Positions 56,645 to 64,000 of a DNA stretch of 64,000 bases are shown here, one piece after another; the stretch's first letter is position 1, and the number at the start of each line of letters is the position of its first letter. The stretch spans positions 25,852,709 to 25,916,708 of the forward strand of contig OZ316894.1 of the NCBI GenBank assembly GCA_973895155.1, given 5' to 3'. The notes below the pieces were generated by a model. The model ran no database searches. It had not been told where the DNA came from and worked only from the letters and a program-made list of their open reading frames with translations. Origin of the DNA: Marsupella aquatica (Eukaryota > Plantae > Marchantiophyta). Position numbers and translations under genes: made by a program.

Positions 56645-57312
56645 TCAATAGATGCAGTTGGGTTTCGGCGCCATGGCACAAGAGTTTCTGTAGAGTTTTA
56701 ATAACTACAGTTACGGGAAGGGAGTGGAACTGGATTGCCTACAGATGGGCACTAACCAGATCCAGAGTGGAGTTCAAATGTCTGATGCGGTTTACGGTCC
56801 TGTACCTGAAGACGAAGAAGTCGAGCGAAGCAAATTCAAGTAACGAAAGGCAGATTTCGCCCCCAGAGAAAATCAAAGCAATCACTGCCAATTTCCTGCA
56901 CAATCACTCGAAAGAATGTCACTTCAGATGTGATATCTGGCACGTTACCTTCCCTCTTAATCACTTCCAAAATTTCTACCGGTTGCTGCTCCACAAATCA
57001 CAAGTCGCATGGGTTTGTGGGTCGTCATGGTACTTTAGCTGGAGAGCTCTGGAGAGAGGGAATTGTCTCAGGAATCACGGCCCCGAGTTGAAGACGAAGA
57101 CGAAAAAGACTGAATGGATCATTTTTTGAGGTCAAGCATCTCTGTTTCAACAAACTTGGGGGTACTTGACCTCTGGGTACTTCAATCTTTGAGGCTGGCA
57201 GACCACTATTTCTACAAGGGCTCTGGACAGATAAGAAGGGAAAAGATGGTTAGCTTGTAGGCAGGTCACGAAAACGAGGAGCCAGGCCTTCTTTTGTGGA
57301 CGGACGGATGCA

Positions 57313-60300
57313 ATGCAATGTATTGCTCTGCGGGCTCAAATGCCCTTCTTGTACGACCATCGTCTCTCTCACGCAGCAACTGCAGCTAGAGAATCATCAG
57401 CTGGGGAAGTTGATGTTTCGAGTGAACTGACCGGCGGAAATTTCAGTAATTCCGCGCTGTTGACGTTGCTGCGATACAGCAACGGAGCCCGCAGTTACTT
57501 GAATCAGAGTTTGGGGATCCGGATCATTAAACCCTGCTGCTCTCGTCTTTGTGCAGTGAACCCCAGAAGTAGGAAAGAGTGGCTTCTCCTCCACAACTTG
57601 CCTGATGCTCGTGATCAGGGGGCCCCCAACGTGAAGGAAAAGAAGGCGGAGACCGAGTTTCACCACGATGTCGTCCCAGCGAAGACGCTGCAGACTGACA
57701 AAGGTGCGAAATAAGCAGATTGACAAGAATGTGTGGAAAACAAATACCATTTTTATGACGCTCGCTCGAATTTTCGTGTGTAGGGTTTTTGGTATAGACG
57801 AAGGCAATGCCTTTTATAATTGCGTGGACTGTATCCGTAATATTCAAATTTGCTCTGGAAACTCCCTTCATAAGGGTTTGGACTGACGAAGGTATTCTCT
57901 TACATTTTTGTGCGGGGTACATTTACGGATGTCAAAATTTTGACTGGAATCTTTCGTTGTAGGATTCTAGGTAGTGTGGTTAATGAGTCATCCTGTGCTC
58001 ATGTGATTTTACCAGAGGTTACGGAAAAGACAGTGGCGGGAAGAGGGGATTCCAGACCGGAGAGCTTTATTGAGTTCAGGAATAGCAGTCCACATTCTGC
58101 AATCAAGACCAAAAATCAAATTGAGAATGGAAAGTTCAGAGTGCCCACTTCAGGGGAACCTGAGATGCAGACAAAAAGGGTTGCCTCCCCTGAGATACCT
58201 CACCTAGGAAGAGAAATGTGGAATGGGAGCCCGGTGGATAGTGCGTATCAACCACGGGTTTCTCATATTCTCCCTCGTAAGGATGGCGATTCCGAAACTG
58301 TAGAGTTTTGGGGGAGGAAGCAGAGAAAGGAGAGCATGCCAGTGGAAGGAACCGAGACCGGAGCTAACCTGAAATCCTCCGACGAAACTCTTGCAATGAC
58401 GAAGAGATGCAAAAACGTGACCCATGTGGAAAGGTATAAAACTCGTGTTCTTCAAAACCGAATAGATGGCGACTCTGCTGCGACATCCAGGGAGGGCAAG
58501 AACATGGAGGGGTTCAGTCCTTGGGTGGCACCTCAGAAACGACAGACTCTGGAGACACCTGACGAAACTCGTGCAACGAGAGACTTATGGAACAATAGGC
58601 CTGTTCAGCGTCAGGACCCTGCAGATATTCAGATTGGAGCTCGCGCTCAGCCCTTACAGAAGAGGCAGAACAATCCAGAGTTTACTTTTGAGGGGAAAGA
58701 CAGCTTTCAATCCTCTGCTGTGAGAGAAGCATCAAGTGGCAACTTGTTGGTGAACAACGAGAGCATCCAGGTGGTAGAGAGCACCGCAGGGGCTACAGAA
58801 AAGATAAGTCGGAGGCCTAAATCCTCTCGGGGGGCTGGGGAAGGGACTCAACCACCTGGTCGTAAATCCCTCTACCAACAGGGAGGTGATTCCGAGGTTA
58901 GAAAGGAAGAGATGAGCGCAAAAGAGGAAGAAGAGGTTCCAGGATTGTTATCTGGAAAGCGAGAGATGGTTGATCACAATGGGGAGAAAGTGGTGGAGGT
59001 GTGGAAGAAGGGCAGGGTTGTGAAAAGATATAAGCCTCTTGGCATTGAATTTCTTTATGGAAGGACGAAGCCCACTCGATTATTTGGACCACTAAACTCA
59101 AGGGGTGAAGTTCCGGGTACTGATTTGGCACCCGTTCCCAGGATGTATCGAGACAGGTGCGAGAATGGCCAGGGGTGGAGTATTAGAGAAGTGGTGGCCA
59201 AGGTTTTGGAACTAAATCACTGGGACGATGTTGACTTAATTCTTAACCAGTGGGTGGGACGCTTCAATCGAAGGAATTTCCCTCCTCTCATGCTGGTATG
59301 AAAATTCTCCTGTCAACGATAACCTCGTCCAGATTTCGGGAGTTTAATCAGGTGCAGAGGCACATCGCCAGTCTGGTACATAAATAAGTAGTTTTAACAT
59401 GAAAGTCAAGGAAAGGTCTAGAAGGTCCGTTACTCGTAGAATATGAAAATGGCAGAGTTTGGAAGACAAAAAGTACCTTGATATTTGCTTGTACATAATA
59501 ATTTCTTGAGTTATCAAAAATTTGTTCCAGCGTAAACATCAAACCTTTTTCATCTGGTGCTTGGGCGGAACATATTAACTTTGCGCACTGAAATTTTGCG
59601 TGGCTTACCAACCTTGTAACTTAAAGTATATTGTATAACACAGAGAGTCACCAACTGCAGGCAATGACAAGGACTGGAGCCCTCAAACACAGTGCACGAT
59701 TGTTTACCTGGATGAAGGCTCAGCGCTGTTATAGGGCTCGGACTGATATCTACAATCATATGATCTGGCTCTATTCAAGACACTATCGAGTTGACGCAGC
59801 ACGTGCATTGTTTACGGAGATGCAAGAATGGAGGTCGGTTTTCTGTGAAATTTTAAAAATTGATGAAAATTGGACTGAATGCTTAAGAAAATGTGTGCTG
59901 CTGTAAAGAAACGATGGGTTTGAAGTCTAAGATGAGCTAGAACCTCCTATGAAGCCATGTCCTTTTTGTTGTCTGGATTTCTGCTTTTGCGATGTTTTAG
60001 AAGCTTTGCCCGGTCTTGTATGGAAGCCATGTTTTGGCATTAGTAGCTCCACCTTAGTGCGGCTTTATTTTCGAATTAAGTCTTGGTCCTTAAATGGCAG
60101 GTTTTAAGTGATAGTACTTCTTTTACACATGAAGGGAAACGTTAATTTTCATGAGCAAGGACGACTTCTGGCAGTCCTAGTTAAAGATACAAAGTTTGTC
60201 AAAACAGGTGCAAGCCAGATGTTGAAACTTACAATGCACTCATCAATGTGCATGGCCGAGCACGGCAGTGGCGTGAAGCTCTACTTTTCTACGATAGAAT

Positions 60301-63300
60301 GCTACGAGCAGAGGTGAGTAAGATTACCTGTGGTTTGCTTCTCTTCCATTGTATTGCACATCGTATATTTGATTTTTTCGCATATTTCTACATTTCCATA
60401 CAAGACTCTGCAGTCAGACAATTCATTAAAGTAGTGTACTTGGTTGCACATCATGACAGGTGCCACCGAGTACAGGTACTTATAATAATCTCATCAGTGC
60501 CTGTGGGAATAGCGGTCAGTGGAAAAAGGCTCTGGCGCTGTACGAACAAATGAAAGTTGACGGAGTCCAGATGGATGTTGTGACTCACAACACAGTTCTC
60601 ACTGCATTGAAGATCGGGGAACAGTATGGCATTGCTATTAAACACTTTGAAAGGACCCTCGAGTGGGCAGTTTCTCCTGACACTGTCACCCTTAATATCA
60701 TCATAAGCTGCTTTTCAAAAATGGAAAGATACGACGAAGCAGTGAAGCTCTTCAATAGTATGATAAGCATGAAATGGAATGGCTGTCAGCCCAATTTGAT
60801 CACCTTCACCACAGTGATGCATGTGTACGCTGTTTGTGGGCAAGTAGAGAATGTGAAGGCTATCTTTGATATGATGGTCAAGGAAGGAGTAGTTCCCAAC
60901 ATAGTCTCGTATAATACTCTTATCGGAGCATATGCATCTCTTAGAATGGATGTGGAGGCTCTTGAGGTTTTTGAGAGGATGCAAAAAGTAGGGTTTGAAC
61001 CTGACCTTGTGTCCTACACGGCACTTATGAATGCCTATGGCAAGGCAGGGAAGCCAGATGATGCTGCCCGCATCTTTGAACTCATGAAAAAGAGATCGCG
61101 CAAACCTAACATAGTGACTTACAACACTCTGATTGACGCATACAGCGCTGCTGGACAAGTCACAAAAGCTTTGGAACTGTTGCCAGACATGGATTTTGAT
61201 GAGGTTCCACCTAATGTTGTCACAATATGCTCACTAATAGTAGGCTGTGGACGTAGTGGCGAAATTGATAGAGTAAGCAGTATACTTAAAGTTGCTGCCC
61301 TGCGAAAAATCAGCTTAAATGTAAATGTGTACAACACTGTTATATCGGTATATCTGAATCATGGTCAGTTCGAGGAGGCCAATAATCTCTATGCAGTCAT
61401 GAAGGAAGAGGGAATCGCTCCAGATCTAGTCACTTTTGCGATTCTGATCAACGATGCTGCTAAAGATGGGAACGTCTCTCAAGCTCAGTTGTATTTCGAT
61501 GAGATGCTCAGTTTGGGCATCGGATTCAATGTTGAAGCCTGTTCAGCTCTGATTCACGCCTACGCTCAGAAGGTAATTTATTGCTGACAGTTTCTCGAAC
61601 TTCGGACAGTTTCACCCAGCACTTCTAAGTTCTGCGTGCAAGAGAACCTGCTTTTAAGCTGGAAAGGATTGGAAAATGAATATCAGAAGCAGTCCGTGCC
61701 AACTAGCCTTGTCTTTGATGAACTCAGATAGTATAAGAAAGTTGTTCGGTCAACGTAAAGTACAAATCCACAGAGGGTGTCCACTACCAAACAAAAGTGT
61801 TGACTTACGATGTGCATTTGATAATCGCAGGGTTTGCCTGAAGCTGCACATGCTATGTTGACTACAATGAAGGAGTCAGGCTGTGCACCAGACATTCTGA
61901 CTTACACATCTTTGATTCATGCCTACACTTTGGCAGGTACGGATATGGTATGCATGTTTTTGTTGCTTACAGAGGTTCCTGTCAACATAGAGTTTCAGTT
62001 GCATTCCTTAACTGCTTTCTTTTCATCAGATTTGACATTTCATCACAAACTCTTAAGGTAGAGTCCCATGGAGGGCAGGCTGACTTTTGATGATGTGAAA
62101 GCTCAGTGTGGAATGATTGAAGAACGACTATAGAAGCTTGTTTCAACTCCTTTTGCGCAGAGATGCCTGCGGCAGCCATTGCAGTGTTTGAGGAGATGGA
62201 GGGCCTTGGTGTTGAACTCGATGCCGTTGCATGTTCTGCTCTTTGTACGGTTTTTAATCAGTGTGGTCAGGCAGAAAAGACTCGCGCACTGTGGTCAAAG
62301 TGGAGAGAACGTTTGCAATTTGGCGAGGCTGCATTCACACAGCTGTCAATAGCTTGCAGAATGTAAGCATGTCACTTCCTCTTTGGTTCCAAACTAAGAT
62401 GTGCCTGAAAGGATTGTTCTCTCGCTTATTTTCTTCCAAGATGCCAGTACTTTATGTAATTTCTTGGGCTGTTTTACCAAATATCTGATTTCCTTATATT
62501 CCAATCTAGAAATCGTATCCATTAATAAAGATCCTTTCGAATACTATGTCTCAGCCCGAGTAGCCTCGTACCTTTTGATTCTCAATTCTGTCACACTGGA
62601 AAAATGTAGTAGGAAGGCCAACTGGGGAATGGTTGTTCAATGACTCAATACTACAGGCCACGTTTCGTATATTGGAAAGTTCTCCGTGGCCTTGTTTGTT
62701 TGATTTTCGTAGTGAAAGGAAACTATTTTTTAGCAGGAACGAGCAGTCAATTTGGCAATATATCTTAGAGAAAATAAAAGAACCTGTATATTGCTTGGAC
62801 GGATAACAATTCCAGGGCCCTTTGCTTGAACAGTGGATTGAGATTTAACTAGAACATGTTAAAAGCTTAGAGAAAGCAATTACCTTCGCAGATTCCTTTT
62901 CGCGGTCAATTAGACCTACCGAATCATTTCGCAGGAAACTAGCATCAACTTAGGAGTCTTGAACCGGTTATGCTTGTGGCACCATGTAAGGGTTACCAAT
63001 TTTAGTATCTAACGATGACGACGAAGGCCAGTAGTGACAAGCCACCGCGTTCCTCTCAGGCTTGGCGACTGGAGAATGGCTCTGGAGCTGTTTGACAACA
63101 TGCAGCAGGTTGGAGTAAATCCTAATTCGACAACTGGGAACAATTTGTTAAAATCCCTTAGCAAAGGTGGGAATATAGAGCAACTTTCAAAGGTGCGTGA
63201 GATTTCTCTCGATCTTTAACGTGGTCTTCAAATTTCCTCTAAAACGGTTGTCTTGATTTCCAGTCAGAGTTTGTTTACTTCTATAGCCAAAGTCGTGGAC

Positions 63301-63847
63301 CAGTTTCTCAGTTATTCTACATCATATGCTGGTGATGATTTGCTTACCAAAGTTGATAACATAATTTGTTCTAAAACAAAAGCGAATCTTGTTCTATATC
63401 TGGGTGACAAGGGGTAATGGATGCGCAGGTATTCAGGCAATTGGAAGAGCTCGGCATGAGGATGACCAAGGAAACTTATGACGTATTGATTTATAGCCAT
63501 TTAAAGACGCAGAACTGGAGAGCGGGTCTTGAGGTGAGTGAACCGATTTTGTGAGAGGCCTAAAGTTTGAAATTGTTGCAATTGTGCAGAACTGTGCCTA
63601 AACTGTGACGCCAATGTTTTTGGAACAGATATTGGACAAATTCAAAGCTGATAATCTGTATCCTGACCTCAAAGCATATAAGATTCTTCTGAAATGTTTG
63701 GAGGAAGTTGAGCAGTGGGATGTGTGTATTGAAGTCTACGACCAAATGAAGGCTAGCGGGTTGTTCTCTTTACAACCTTTCCATCGCATTTTAAGGTTCA
63801 ATTTTAAAGGCTTTGTTGCTGGCAACAAGATGAGAAATTGTCTTTGA
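57313..63847 (+). CDS. EMB2654: P-class pentatricopeptide repeat protein, At2g41720/EMB2654-like, multi-exon; 3' end uncertain and may extend past the window
   Basis: Approximate exons 57313-57702, 57963-59295, ~59661-59832, 60208-60313, 60460-61571, 61831-61936, 62161-62362, 63060-63192, 63430-63533, 63629 onward. LNHWDDVDLILNQWVGRFNRRNFP...FTWMKAQRCYRARTDIYNHMI...EMQEWRCKPDVETYNALINVHGR resembles EMB2654 as I recall it. Many 35-aa PPR motifs follow. Confidence 0.85.
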
Positions 63848-64000
63848 AAGTTCATATGCCAGGAAATTCCCGTTTTCGGATTTGACTTAGGATACTCTCA
63901 CTGCGAAGCAAGGTGATTTCACTCGAGCTTCTGCAATGTAGTTCACTGAGAAGTGTGGGTGATAAAACCCCTCTCTCAGAAGCTGGTTTGTGCATCAAAA

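Overview
Nuclear DNA of a plant, probably a non-seed land plant (inferred from gene content, spliceosomal introns and Copia elements). Host genes: the 3' end of an LPA1-like P-loop NTPase, an 8-exon class I SAM methyltransferase (-), VPS11 (+), two apparently intact delta-COP genes arranged tail-to-tail in a ~13.2 kb palindrome, and an EMB2654-like P-type PPR gene at the right end. The 28-57 kb region is a nest of transposable elements. It holds two independent solo LTRs with their own TSDs, truncated Copia relics, a LINE 3' remnant and a non-autonomous PIF/Harbinger element. The most notable feature is a 16.5 kb DNA transposon (36980-53454; ~10.7 kb without its nested Copia) bounded by an exact 8-bp TSD and imperfect 14-bp TIRs. 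It encodes a disrupted ~1500-aa transposase with P-element-type motifs, two C2H2-like fingers in place of THAP, a possible BAH-like C-terminus and an extra orphan ORF. A full-length Ty1/Copia element with near-identical LTRs is inserted in its 3' coding end. All calls were made by eye; no database search was run.
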